DNA of 63,420 bases, filler included, from Choristocarpus tenellus KU-1152 (Eukaryota; Protista; Phaeophyceae): assembly GCA_964200185.2 (NCBI GenBank). It is 11 parts of 11 records of this genome, joined end to end, with 100 filler letters (N's around TTAATTAATTAA, not from the genome) between each part and the next. Parts side by side here need not be neighbours in the genome. Positions count along the whole stretch, not along the records: positions 1 to 9,533 come from CAXNAD020003599.1; positions 9,634 to 12,659 come from CAXNAD020022852.1; 9 more parts are not named here. One strand, written 5' to 3'. Below are positions 1 through 12,759 of the stretch, piece after piece. The number at the start of each line of letters is the position of its first letter. The stretch's first letter is position 1. Under the pieces are notes generated by a model. It made no database searches. It was not told the DNA's origin and was given only the letters and a program-made list of their open reading frames with translations. A program made the translations under genes and the position numbers.

Positions 1-2989
1 CTAAATCCGGATAAAACCCATTATTATTTAGGGGGGGGGCTAAGGATTTTGGGTAAGGGGGGGGGGGGGGGGGGTATATCTGAGGGACCAAATCAAGGAT
101 TCTCAGTAGTAAAGCCTGCAAGGTCTCTCACAAGGCCACCTTCTAATAGCCGGCCACAGCCATTGAGACAGCCAGTATAGTAGGGAACAGGGGAGTGGGA
201 ACGTACCAAGGGTGTCTCCTTTGCAGCAGGAAGCTCTCATTCTCTTTCTCACTTCCTGTGTTGTCTTCCTTTATTTCCTACACTTGAAACTCAGTCTTTG
301 TTGTCCGCCTATTTGCTTTACGTCCAATAGCCAAGAATAGTTTCCACACTCTTTTCCTCCTCTTGATCCCCTTTCATCCCTCTCACATCTTCAGTCCAAA
401 GAGTAGTTTCAAAGCTCTAACCAAGTAAGCTATGCAGACAGATTGGTTGAGCAGCAAGGGAGGACCTCCTTGTATCATATAGGGGAACGACAAAGTACGA
501 GATGTTGGCCAAGTGAGGATCACATCTCACCCTGACTCGGCCTCTGAAACCATGTAGGGACAAGATTTAATTGCACAACGAAAATGAGCCCCCACCCCCC
601 AACAAGCCACCAAATACTACTTCGAACACTACTCAGGTAGGGTGAGTGTCGCTGCATGTTACATGCTTTCCAGTGCAGACCTTGATGCAGCAACACTGTT
701 CCAGTACGTAGTATTTATTAATGTTGGAAGGAATTTCATGCCTCTAATATGTGATTCCTCCCAACAGCCGTGATCATGCTTGCTCACACCAGTCATTGTC
801 TCAGCGCAAGAACATCTTACTGCCGTTCATAAAGAGGAAACTCGTGAACTCAATAACAACCAAAGCGCATCAACAACAAGTTTCTTGCCAATCAGAAAGC
901 AATACTACACATACATACTTGCTTGCAGTATTGTTCCTCCTTAGTTGAATAAATACTCTGGAGGACTACAATAAGTATCTCTCATAGCAGGGTTATAAGA
1001 AGACATCACATAGCACACTCAGGGGCAGCAAACAACAAGTTGTCGTGGGAGGTTCCAGAACTATTGTTCTAAAGTATTGACTCAGAGAAGTCTGGATGGG
1101 GAGGAATTTTATGTCCAATGGATTAAGACATCTCACTATACGTACTATTCTCCAAACTACTCCTTGCCTTTTTCTACGTCATGTAGCTTCTTCTCGGCAG
1201 AGAGGATCCCCCATTTTAACTGAATGAAGAGATCCATTGCTACATCTTGCTGTAAGAGAAAGTAATGTTAATACATGTTTTGCAGATGGCTGTAGTCAGA
1301 GGGAAGAGACATAGACAGGACCAAACCAAACACAACATAATCTGTACTGGAACAAACAAGACTCAGAAAACGCCTACCTCAATATATCGTTTACGTTTTT
1401 CTGTTTGTGCTAACGACATTCCTCCTTCGCACCCTTAGCATCTTGTCCTGCCCCAATATCCTTTGTTAAGAACAGGTGGAAATATCGGTGAACGGCACAA
1501 TGTATCACGCAAAAACAGTTCAATCATTAATCCTACAGTTCCGAAGTGTTTTATGAATTAGACTGGAAGTCTCAAACAAACGTCGGACTTTGAAACACGT
1601 CGTACATTTCATTCCGCGAAGTGAACCTAAGTCAACATTAGGCAACACAGACATTGTCCTCGTGATAACAAGCTGGATGCATTTTGGCATAGCATACGTC
1701 CAAAAACTAGCATAGTGCTGAGCGTGTAGCATGTGGCAAAACAACCGACACATCAATCGACCAACAAGATTAGTTTTGTACCCATTTGATGCGACAAAAA
1801 AATATTCAGTACTCCAGAGCATACGCCAATCTGGGAGGTCTCAAGGTTCGCCATCGACCATGCATGGAGTTACAAAGTTGTGAAAACATAGTTTTGCGAG
1901 TATTTTTGTGTTTTACTCTCTACACAAAGACGTGATGACCATAGAATGATAAGCGCTCGAGCCAGTAAAAAATGGCACTTGACGGTGAATAGTGGAATAA
2001 TGGGAAAAACAACGATATTAAGAACTCAATCATGTCAAGGGGTGAAATGCTGTCAATCTGCAATACGAGAGTGTGAACGTGTTCAATAAGTAAAGGATAT
2101 CCTCCAGGCAGGGGGACAGCATTATACGCCACACTCCTGCAACAGGAGAAAATTGGAGTGAATAGACTGGTGGAGGTACTTTTTAAACATTGCAAGAAAT
2201 AGACGCCAGACGGCACAGGCAGTAAAAAGGAATGGCATTTCAAGTCTGCAAAACAAGTTGAGGCGATGTTTTTAAAAACAATTAACAGCAGGAGGAGGAG
2301 AAGCAGAGCACCAGGTGGATATTACTTCGTGGTACAATTGAAAAGCCAAGAATGATATAGATGTCTTGTATTAAATTAACTTAACTAAAAATGCGTAATT
2401 GGTATCCTGATCTAACATTATTGGGTACGTCACTGCCCCTTTGTGATATCGTCTACGTGTTTGTCTGGGTGGTTACGGAGTGCAAACGAAGCTCGACGTT
2501 TTGGAACACTCGTGAATGCTACTCTAGAGTATCATGGCTAGCAACTATTGACACACAAAAAGAGATGCAAACAACAAATGGTCGCATAAAAAAAACTCAA
2601 CTCGCTTCAGAGTGTACGAGGGTTGCAAGGTCCACTGCCAGCAGCCAGGATATATTTGTGATGTATGTGTTTCGATATCAACAAGGAAGCGCAAATTCTT
2701 CTTCTACAAGTACGAAAACCTTCATGGGGCTCCCCGTCCAAGCAACAGGGTATTGTGTGTTTTGTCAACCTCCAAGTCGAACGCAAATAAATTTAACAGT
2801 AATAGGAACCCTGCATCCATCCTAGGCAAAAAAAGTAAATTGGATGTTGTCCTTGAATAATTACACAACCAAAAGACTGATACAAGGCAGTCAGGTTCCC
2901 TACGAGGTGCCCTGGGGGGCAACTATTCAATTTCACACCAGAGCAGAGCCCTTAGAAATGTGATTTTCAACGGTCAGAGGATGCCACTT

Positions 2990-3560
2990 TTACTCCGAGT
3001 CCTCAAAATCGTCCTCGAAGAGACCGTCTCCCCAGTACTGCTCAAAGAAACTAGGAAACACCTCAGCGAGGCGCTTCTGAATCACGTTACTCGCAGTTTT
3101 GAAGCCGTGTGGAGCACAACGTGCATCAACATTGCTGACACGGTCATAGAGGCCTTGGACTTGCTGAGGGTCCCAGTAGAGCTTCCACTCAGGGTGATGC
3201 TTCACCACATGTCTATCACAGACGTGCCTAAATGTGGCAAACACGTTCGTCCTGGCAGCCTCTTCCTCTGAACCGGCCCATTCCACCCAGTCTCCAAGCA
3301 CATTCCCAATCTGAACCTTGCAATCGTTCAGCATCTGATGATACTTCTCCAAGTCGAAGTTCTCGCTCCATGGTAGGGGCTCCTCCTTGATACAGAAGAA
3401 CCACCACTCCCTGACTGCATGTCTCCTTGGCGAGGTCATCCGAACGTACTCTCTGTCGTACACACAAGACAGTTCTTCACATCAAGGATCTTGACTGCAA
3501 CTACGGTGATACTGGTGTAACACTGTTCTCGCGAAGGAAGAATGCGAGGCCGTGATGAAA
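2990..3560 (-). pseudogene. Decayed exon/ORF of an unknown protein, probably from a mobile element
   Basis: The 157-aa frame has protein-like composition (REWWFFCIKEEPLPW, HHPEWKLYWDP, acidic end EDDFEDSE). It extends upstream through one TGA (HRSCSQDP*CEELSCVYDREY). No family recognised. Confidence 0.4.
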
Positions 3561-6500
3561 AACACAGGAATGATTGATGTGTCGTGCTGTTGCTGAGTTG
3601 GAACTTGTTGTAGGAATCAATGGAAGCTCCAAGTGTGCAAGCTGTCAAGAGGTTGCTTTGCATCATGAACCAGTGGTCTTGAAATAATGGTGTTTAATAG
3701 GTAGTAGACAATTGCATTCAAGGAAACAAGAAAATTCCCAATCTCCACTAACAAAGATTTTCGTCCATCTCTGGACCGTTATGACATCATACATTTTACC
3801 CCTACTATAACAGTATAACCTTGCTGCAAGTATAATGCATATATTAATTTTTATATTATCCCCTCTAACATTTTGGAGGTGTGTCCGAGGAAAAGCCGAT
3901 TCAATATCCTAAGGACCCCTGTAAAAGTAACAGTTGTCGTAGTAAAATGGTATATTTCGTAAGCGTATCTAAACTGATACTGTAGGGCCACCAATGTAGA
4001 AAATGTCAGAGGACATAACAATACATATTTAAACCCAGGGTTGGCCTCTACTGACTTGTGAGGATTCTCAACCCCCCATGGCTCATCTAGTAGTCGAATT
4101 CTTGTAATTAGTTCCGTGTCGTTTTGCATTTCATATTATGACAACTACCGTTTCCAAGTAGATAGATGTGTTGGGGCATGATGTTTGTATGTTGTGTTGT
4201 TGTGATGTGATATTGTGTTGGTTGTATTCTATGCTTCATATTTCTTCTTTTCAGACTATTCCTAGGGTTTATTGTTTCTTTACTCTTTTTTCTTTTTCCC
4301 TACATCACATCTCCAAACATACACGAAGTCTTAGGTGGGACATGAAAAAAATAAAAATCCACAGTACTGTGTACATATTCAACTTCTTTGTCTCCTTCCC
4401 AGTCAACATTTTAAAATGGTAAAACCATGGAATACATCGTTGTAACATCATTGTATTTACGCTTTACTCTGGGTCGGCATGGGCGCATTTTACTGATTTG
4501 ATGTTATTGATTATACCTCACACACCTCTCATCCATTATTTTCGTCGATTATAGTTACTCCTTAATGATTCATACTCAAACTTTTCAAAATGTGCGAAAA
4601 ATATTAGTATGAGTGTTGTATGTAGTAGATAGAGAAAGGTAGATGTAAGATTGTCCGTTCTTATTCAGTATTATTGGGAAAGGTTCCTTGTAAAATGTCC
4701 TCCCTCACAACCCGTTCCTATTATGTCCAAAATGCAACTAACCCCCTCTGTTACTACTCTTTTGCTGTTGAAGAAAAGATCTCTGTCTAAATGGAGATAC
4801 ACTCTCACGAACATGGATCGGATGACATAATGTAGGGGGGGGGACTTCAAAGAACACCTATCACCGTATATTATTTTGTATAGATAACGAAAAAAATATA
4901 TGTGGAAACCATGGTGGAATTTACAATTTCTATTATGTATGTATTTATATATACCTACGTATATATAGGTATTATGCATGTATGAATTATGTATTATACG
5001 TGTATGAACGTATTATTGTGTATGTTTATCCATGTATATATGTGCAATGTGCCTATGTGTCTATGTATGATTCTGTATTGTGTATTATGTTCATTGTACG
5101 TATTATATATGAATCGTGTACTCCTCCGTTCGGAATTAAATATAACATAGCTTAAGGAGGTTTGTTCTCGCCATACCATCCAAGTGAAAAACGATCTAAA
5201 CGAGACTTTGTTCTCATATATAGTTTGTTGGGCGTGCAAAGGTTGAGATGGCGAACTTTCGTAACTGTGGAGGATCACCAGTGCAAAGTCGACCAAATAG
5301 CATTTGACGAAATTCAAAAACAATGTTTGTCAAAGTGGGTGTTTATAGTGATAACTAGAACGAAGGACCCCCTTCGTTCCAGCGGCTCACTCATTCCATC
5401 GTCGCCCGCCGGTCCCAACTCTTCGACCCAAAAGACTGTCCGGGGTTAGGACTCAAACACCCGAACGAAGAACAGAGAGGTGACGCGATACCTTGAGGCG
5501 AGAGGGCGCGAGACTCGGAGGCGTCGCCGGATGGAGGGGGCGATTGCGTAGGATTTCGGAGTTCCGTCATCTGAAGAAGTATGACCGCCAAATCGCACGG
5601 GGTGAATGCATGGACCTTGTATGACGTCGCAAGGGGAAACGTGGCCGCCGTACAAGTATCCTTGACGTTTGGCATGTCCATCAGTACACTGCACATCCTT
5701 CTGAAAATGGGCCTGCAAAGTTGAGGTCTCAGGTCTCCCTTGCCTTGTTGTGTGGGATCTGTGCAAGCGCAAGAAAGTGAGGAAGGCCAAGCGGTGGATT
5801 AAGCTGGTCCTCTCAGACCAGCAGAAAGTCAACAGGGTGGGTTTCATCATCAGCCACACACACAGGAACTTTCAATATACCATGCCATACCTTGGAAAGT
5901 ATAGCAACCTAATCCAGGACATACAATATTGATAGCCTATGATACGACTGGTGCCTATGACTGACCTTAACCTCAGCATTCGTTTCCTCATCTATAATTT
6001 GAACACCCTATCCTTGAACCTTCAGAGCTAGGGTTGTAACTCTTTGAAACGAGGTTGGACGTCTCGTGTACTACTCATTAAGGTTATCTGGCAATGGTGC
6101 AGATGGAGAACGACTCAACCCTAACCTAATCGATTTTCATACAACAAAATTTATGTTACTGCTGCATACAAATCAAATATTCAGAGGAGTTCATTGATCA
6201 ACCATATTGTCGGAGTCTAGGCTAGAGGATACCAAACGTCTTCGTGGGCTAAGTGTCCATGTTACAAAGGCTCCTTCCACCTTACCTAGATGGGATATGT
6301 AGCCCCAACACTAAACCCTGCAGGGTGATAGTGAGGCTCCAAGATGGCGTTTGTGATGTGTCAATAGTAATATAACCAATGAGAACGATGGATATCAGGT
6401 TGTTATTATGATAAAGGTAATGACTTCTTGAAGCTTGATGTTTGACTGCCTCGAAAAACTCAAATACTTCTCAATCACCATGACGAGTCTCTTATCTCAG

Positions 6501-8544
6501 GTGTGTAGAATTATTATCCGCGATGCATATACTGAACACTCCAATTATCTTGAGATACAGTTTTTTAGCTTTGTCAGTAGAATGACTTCGAACCTTCCCG
6601 ATTTGGGCTGTCCTTGCGCATACTTACTGCTCTCACCACCTGATTAAGGACAAGTAGAGATACGTACGCTAATCGCCTGTCACACATAGCCCTCGCACCG
6701 CAGAACACAGTGTGCCGACCCCCTCTGTTGTGCCTTTCCATTCCCTTGCTGTTGGTCGAACACTTTGTGTGACTACTCTTTTAAATCATGACCGTCGACA
6801 TCTTGCCGATAGATGTGCCATAAGAGAGATAACAAAAGACCGAAATTGCAAGAAACACTGATAAAAAAAACATTGATAGCTGTCGTTTCCAACGTACTTA
6901 ATAATATCTGCACTAAGTACTCAACAATGACACCGGGGATTGTTCCTAACGAACCAAATATTCACATTAGCCATTGATAGTGACATAAAGATGTTATCAT
7001 TCTCCTCTTTTTCCTTCAGGAAATTCCCTAGAGGCATACTCAGGCACACACTCCTGAACTCCAAGGTGCCGAAGTATATTACTAGTGGGTACCTACTGAC
7101 AGAGCTTCCCACCTACTTCCCTCTTGGGGCAACCCCCTCTCTTTCCCCGCTCACAGTATTGCACCCTCCAGTACCTCAATCTGGTCAAAGAAGGTCGGCA
7201 AACTATTATTTTACCACTCCCCTATCCTTCTACTACTCGTAGCATAGTGTCAGATTAAAAAATGTCAAGGAAAGAAAAATGTTTCGATATGTGGGCCTAT
7301 TCTACAACCCCTAAATATCAACAAATATATATATATGTATCGTTTCGGGGTGGAGGGTACTCATAATCGAACAACTAAAAAGCGTTCAATAGAGACACTC
7401 AAGTGACGTTGAATCCTATCTAGATATATAACTGCCTCTAGGAATAAATTGTACATGATGTGTAGAAACACTCCTCTCTAAACCAAAACATCCTAAATGT
7501 GAAGCAAAAAAAAATATCACAATACATTCAAATATATCAAAGTATCTCTCTATACACATCAAAAGCGTAAGAGTTGAGCGTTTTGAGTCCAAAACTCTCA
7601 AAATACTCCTTGAACATAGATCAATTTTGTATCAAAAAGGCGTCTCTCGGCATTTTTTTTAAATCGTTTCCAGTAGTTTTTCGATCGATGAAATCTTTTG
7701 GTAGTGAGACCAGGGATTCTTTATGTTAGTCAACATTGAACATCTCAACTGTCAACAATACTATGTTCAAGGTCAGAAAATACTCTGTCCTGTAGGTGGT
7801 AAAACTCAAATCACACATTTCCAATCACCCTTCCACAACCAACGTCAAGGTTGACAGAACTTCAGTATTATTCCCGAATCTCATGTTTGATCATAATATG
7901 AGTATATATATGTAGTCAACCTCGTACAACAACTTCTGGAGGGGCTGCTGTAGGGGCAAATTTAGAGAGGTAAGTCGTTTTTTGTTCGATTTGGTGTACA
8001 AATAAGGTGTGTTCCTGGACTGAAGTACCTGTGTGAACGCCTAAAAACCAAAAAACCCAAGTGCTTGTAATCACTACTATTGTTGTATCTTGTGTGTATA
8101 ATACAACGATATGGAATGGCAACAGTAGTAGTAGTGTCCTACTTATAATATGATTATTGTTTTACGTATCTACTTCGAACTATAGTTAGTTACCGGAAAT
8201 CTACTATCACTATATCAATACGAAAGTATCTTCACTCTTTAATCTGAGGAATAATTTTGGGGGTCAGAGGGACGACACAGTGCACAACTTCTCATCATAC
8301 AACATAATATTACTACCGTTACTACCACTACTCCTACTTTATCCGTCCCATCACTTATCGCCCATCCTCCTCGCTACGATCTTGTACTACTGGATTGTCT
8401 TTAATGTTGCCCCCTCGATCTTTGTCCAACGATTTTTGTGGACAAGGGATAGATAAGATACTATAGGTGCACAAACTGTCGTGCTTGCCACGTGAAATTG
8501 GGTAATGGAAACTACATTTCCATAAAAAAAGTTATATGGGGTTA

Positions 8545-8622
8545 ATGGACCTCGAGCCCACGAAGTTCATGCAGGCATTAACACCCTTTGCCAGTCACTG
8601 AACTTTGCCACTGAGCCATATG
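8545..8622 (-). other. tRNA-like relic (pseudo-tRNA or SINE head)
   Basis: Minus strand has an A-box-like TGGCTCAGTGG and a B-box-like GGGCTCGAGGTCC at long-variable-arm tRNA spacing. The stems do not pair cleanly. Confidence 0.3.
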
Positions 8623-9533
8623 GAAACTTTGGAATTTATCTATATCTAAACAATCCACAGCCATCATTACTTATTTTTAGTACTTAATGCTAGACACACG
8701 GTCATTGATACGTGAATATAAACTTAATCAGGTAAAACAAGTCTTTAAAGTCAAAGATCACTCCTGAGAAAAGTTTCTATCAACTGGTTAAATTGACATT
8801 TAATAATGAGCCTAATAACCATATTAGAAAAACCATAGAACTTTCGGTATACATTTTAATAAGTTCAGACAAGAGTGAGTGGCATTATTTGGAAGCATTC
8901 GACACAATTCGGAATATATCTTACGCACATTTTTTTTAAATGCCGAATTTTGGACATGATTGCCAGCATCCTTGAACGGCAAACCTTGGTAACTCTGGTT
9001 TAATTTGACTCTCGCGCGGATTGCAAAAACAAGAGCAAATAAAATTACTAGAAGGTAAACAGTGGATAGTTGTAACTATCATCAGAACTCACGAGGGATG
9101 GGCGTCACGCGATATGTCTGGGGGTCCCTAAAAGCACACGTGAAGAAAGTGTGCGCAACAAACAAAAGAGAGCTCCATCTCAACCCCCCCAAAAAGTAAT
9201 TGCGTCATTTCTGTTGCGACGTTCCACTCCACAAAGGTATCGCTTCGAATACGTAATACCCATCTTATTTCATGCTGTGTGTGATACACAACTGCACGTG
9301 TGCAACATAACCGATGCAGCAACAATCAGTAATTATCCTGCTTCGTTCTTTGTGTTGACTCATAATAGACATTTTCGTGCCCGCCATCAAAACTCAACAT
9401 CTGCACACAACTACTATTTTAAAACTACTGCCTAGCAACTACTCCTCCTTTTGGGTTTCAGCAAACTAGTCTCTGGCCACATAACAGGGGATTCGCAAAA
9501 TTGAGGATGGAGCGGGACTATGAGGATGGTTGT

Positions 9534-9633
9534 NNNNNNNNNNNNNNNNNNNNNNNNNNNNNNNNNNNNNNNNNNNNTTAATTAATTAANNNNNNNNNNN
9601 NNNNNNNNNNNNNNNNNNNNNNNNNNNNNNNNN
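9534..9633. other. Artificial contig linker (N44-TTAATTAATTAA-N44). Identical linkers at 12660-12759, 19160-19259, 22690-22789, 32243-32342, 39632-39731, 44728-44827, 48638-48737, 54966-55065, 60763-60862
   Basis: Ten identical 100-nt spacers whose 12-mer puts stop codons in all six frames. A separate 10-N gap lies at 11549-11558. Confidence 0.99.
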
Positions 9634-9872
9634 TTCCCCTGACCTCTACCTCTCCCCTGCCCCCCGCCCCCACCCTCCTCTCCCTCTCCCTCTCCCTTCC
9701 ATCCACTCTACCTACAAAATTTATACACCATCCCTCCTCCCCTTACCTCTTCCCCAAACCAAAGATACAACTGCCCTAATACATCCCGACCTCACTCCTT
9801 CCTGGTCCTCCACCCCACCCCACCTTTCACTCCCCAGCAGTCATAGCCCACCACACAAAAGTCCACACTAAC

Positions 9873-11470
9873 CTCCCTATTTTGTGTGGCTTCTCCCCCT
9901 TGAGTCCTCCGTTGCTCCATGTCAAAATGCCTTGTGAGCTCCTCAGTTCCAATCGACCGGTATGCCGCAACGATACACGCACAAATAACTGCATGCTTAT
10001 TGTACACATGTTCCCTTTTTATTTCATACATTGTTTAGAACATTTTTTTTGTAGGGGGGGGGGGGAGAGAAAGTTTTGTTGCTGTTGTTGTTGTTGTTGT
10101 TGTTGTTGTGTGTGGTTAGGGTGGAGATTGAACTACCAACAGCAATACTGCCAGATACAGGTTTTATGTCTCATTCATACTAATACTCTAATATGCTGTA
10201 ACAGGTGTCCAACAGATGTCCAACAGATGTCCACGTACAATACGAGATAAAGCTACTAATAACTATAACTATGAAGCACATAACCTGGAAAATGATTCAG
10301 GCTCTAACTCATGTCTTGAGCTACCAAGGCATAGGTTTCTACTGAAAGGAATTTGAATTCAGTTTACAGCAATCGCTCTCAATGACCACAGCACCTAAAA
10401 ATAATAAATAAAAATCACAACTATCAATACACAGCTGCCGCTGAGCACACAACAATAACCCTAACCCTAACACAACACAAAAAAAAACAAAACATACTTG
10501 ATATTCCTCCACCCTGCAAACAGCTCCTTGGCCCCCACCACCACTGTTTCATGTAGGTCGCAGTTGGCAGCAATGTGATTGATCAAGTCAAAGGCCTCTC
10601 TCTTCATCTGATCTTTGAAGGCTGTACGGGTCTTCCTCTCATCCTGGAGATAACACAGAACAAAATTACACAAAAGTGTACTGACTCACACGTTCAAGTG
10701 CAATGTGGTCAGACGAACACAACGACTCACGCAGGAAATGCCAACAAGGACATGTCAAGAAAAAGGATGTGTGACAGAATGTGATCTAGAGACAGCACAA
10801 CAAACACCCTTTATCTCAAACCCTTCACACGAGGCCCACATGCTCTGCATGCCAATGTTTTCGAAAGTTCACACTGACAAAGAACAAAAAACAAAAACAC
10901 CCTATTGTTGTTTCCCCCCCTCCCCCCTGTATTCCCCACCCACAGGAGTCTTAATCACAGGGTAAAGGGTATTCTAGATGTAGTAATAGTCACATGCTTG
11001 TTTTGGCATCTCATCATGCTTGCATTGGTGAGACCTCTTAGCAATGAACATCTTTGGTTCATCCCCCCACCCCTTCAAATATACTATCCCAACCTAACCC
11101 TCCACTAGCTTGCCTTGCCCATAGTGCTCAGTCCCATTTCCACATCCTCTGCAAGGTTCCTTAACCTGGTTGCATCCTGAAGAAGACCAAGCCAAAACAG
11201 AAGGTGCGATTGAGTCAGGGGAAGCGGAGGGGGGGGGGCATATCACCCCCAGCTTCATGGAAATATCAACCTGCTTCACCATAAAAGAACTACATAATCT
11301 ACAAATCCCATTATTTTATTCTACCTTCAGAAGTAGAGGGGGTGATACCTCACTTCTGATATCACTACCCTCTCCACCTCTTCATTCAGGAGAGGGAGAG
11401 CACACTGAGATTCCAAAGTCAGCTCAAGTAGGCCACTTATATGCCTCATGTGCCACACAGTACAGGGTTC

Positions 11471-11515
<45 letters not shown>

Positions 11516-12232
11516 ACCCCCCCCCCCACCCACAACAACAACACCAAANNNNNNNNNNAAAACACAGAGCTCCAAAAAGCACGCCCGCAAGCCTTCTTTT
11601 TCTCTTTCTTCCCCCCAGCCCACCGCCCCCCCCCCCCCCCCCCCCCCCCCCCCATCCATCACCAGAAAAAACACAAAAAAATTGTCTTACAGGTAATAGG
11701 GCTCACCTTCCCCTCACTGATCCAGGTGCGCATGTTGTGTGCAGTTGAATAGAGCCGGTTTGGCACTGGGCCGTGGTGGCTCCGATCTGCCTCACCCTCA
11801 AACTTCCGATACATGTTACCCTCGTGTACCTATAGGGTTAGGGTACAAAGAGGACATTCCTTTTACATTTCTGTCTTGTAAATAATATAACAATTGCATA
11901 TCAGAAACAATTTCGGGGCAGGGGGAGGGCGGATGGGGTGTGACACGGGTCAGAGGCATGCAAAAACATTAAACTACGATGCATTACGTAAGTTTTTTCT
12001 TTTTTATTTGCATGCATTTTTTTTTTGTCTGCTGCATGGCTCTGTGTCATCTTGCCCACGATCCATTAAACAGGAGCAGTCTCTAGTTGCTCGTAATGAG
12101 GCGTTATTGCACGACACTACTGCAGTCCTTACAGATGCAAAAAAAAAGAAAACACGTACGTGATTTTCCTTCACTGTCTGCGCTGGATCATCCGCAAACA
12201 AGGCTGCTATGATTCTCACATTGAAGGCACAT
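9873..12232 (-). CDS. TFIIB-like transcription factor, partial and possibly pseudogenising. Exons 12232-12160, 11829-11707, 11176-11114, 10643-10498, 10014-9873
   Basis: Spliced product: MCLQCENH..ADDPAQTVKENH|VHEGNMYRKFEGEADRSHHGPVPNRLYS..|DATRLRNLAEDVEMGLSTMGK|DERKTRTAFKDQMKREAFDLINHIAANCDLHETVVVGAKELF..|EHVYNKHAVICACIVAAYR. This fits a Zn-ribbon start, B-reader-like segment and first cyclin repeat. Phases of exons 2-5 are consistent. Confidence 0.75.
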
Positions 12233-12759
12233 ACTCAATCAACACGCAATGATAACGACAGCACAGGAGGATCCGACGGCTTCGCTTAGACCGCTACTAA
12301 CGGTCTCTGTATTACACACCAGTATCGATAGAAGAGGGTAGACAAAAGAGACTGTAATAGACCCCTTACCACATCCCCTCGGCAAGAAGAGCGTGGGGGG
12401 GGGGAAGGAGAGGGATCGAGGCAACACAGACATACACACTGCAATAAGCAGAAACTAGTTATTTCTATTTTCTTCCAGGCTTGCAAAGGGAAACCAAGGA
12501 ACTGCCGAGTGAGCAAACCGGACACGCTCCGACCTGTTCACTCTCAGACTAACTTTCCACCGGTAAGTCTTACCAGACCCAGACCTTCCAACACCTCACG
12601 CCCCTCTCCCTCCCCCCCCCCCCAAAACACCAACAGATATCCTCACCCTAACCCTAACCNNNNNNNNNNNNNNNNNNNNNNNNNNNNNNNNNNNNNNNNN
12701 NNNTTAATTAATTAANNNNNNNNNNNNNNNNNNNNNNNNNNNNNNNNNNNNNNNNNNNN

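Noticed and set aside
4850-5150. Y/I/H-rich ORFs
   Set aside because: Low-complexity TATG/TA-rich sequence.
11170-11752. Poly-Pro and poly-Gly ORFs
   Set aside because: These are translations of poly-C tracts and a 10-N gap inside an intron of the TFIIB-like gene.
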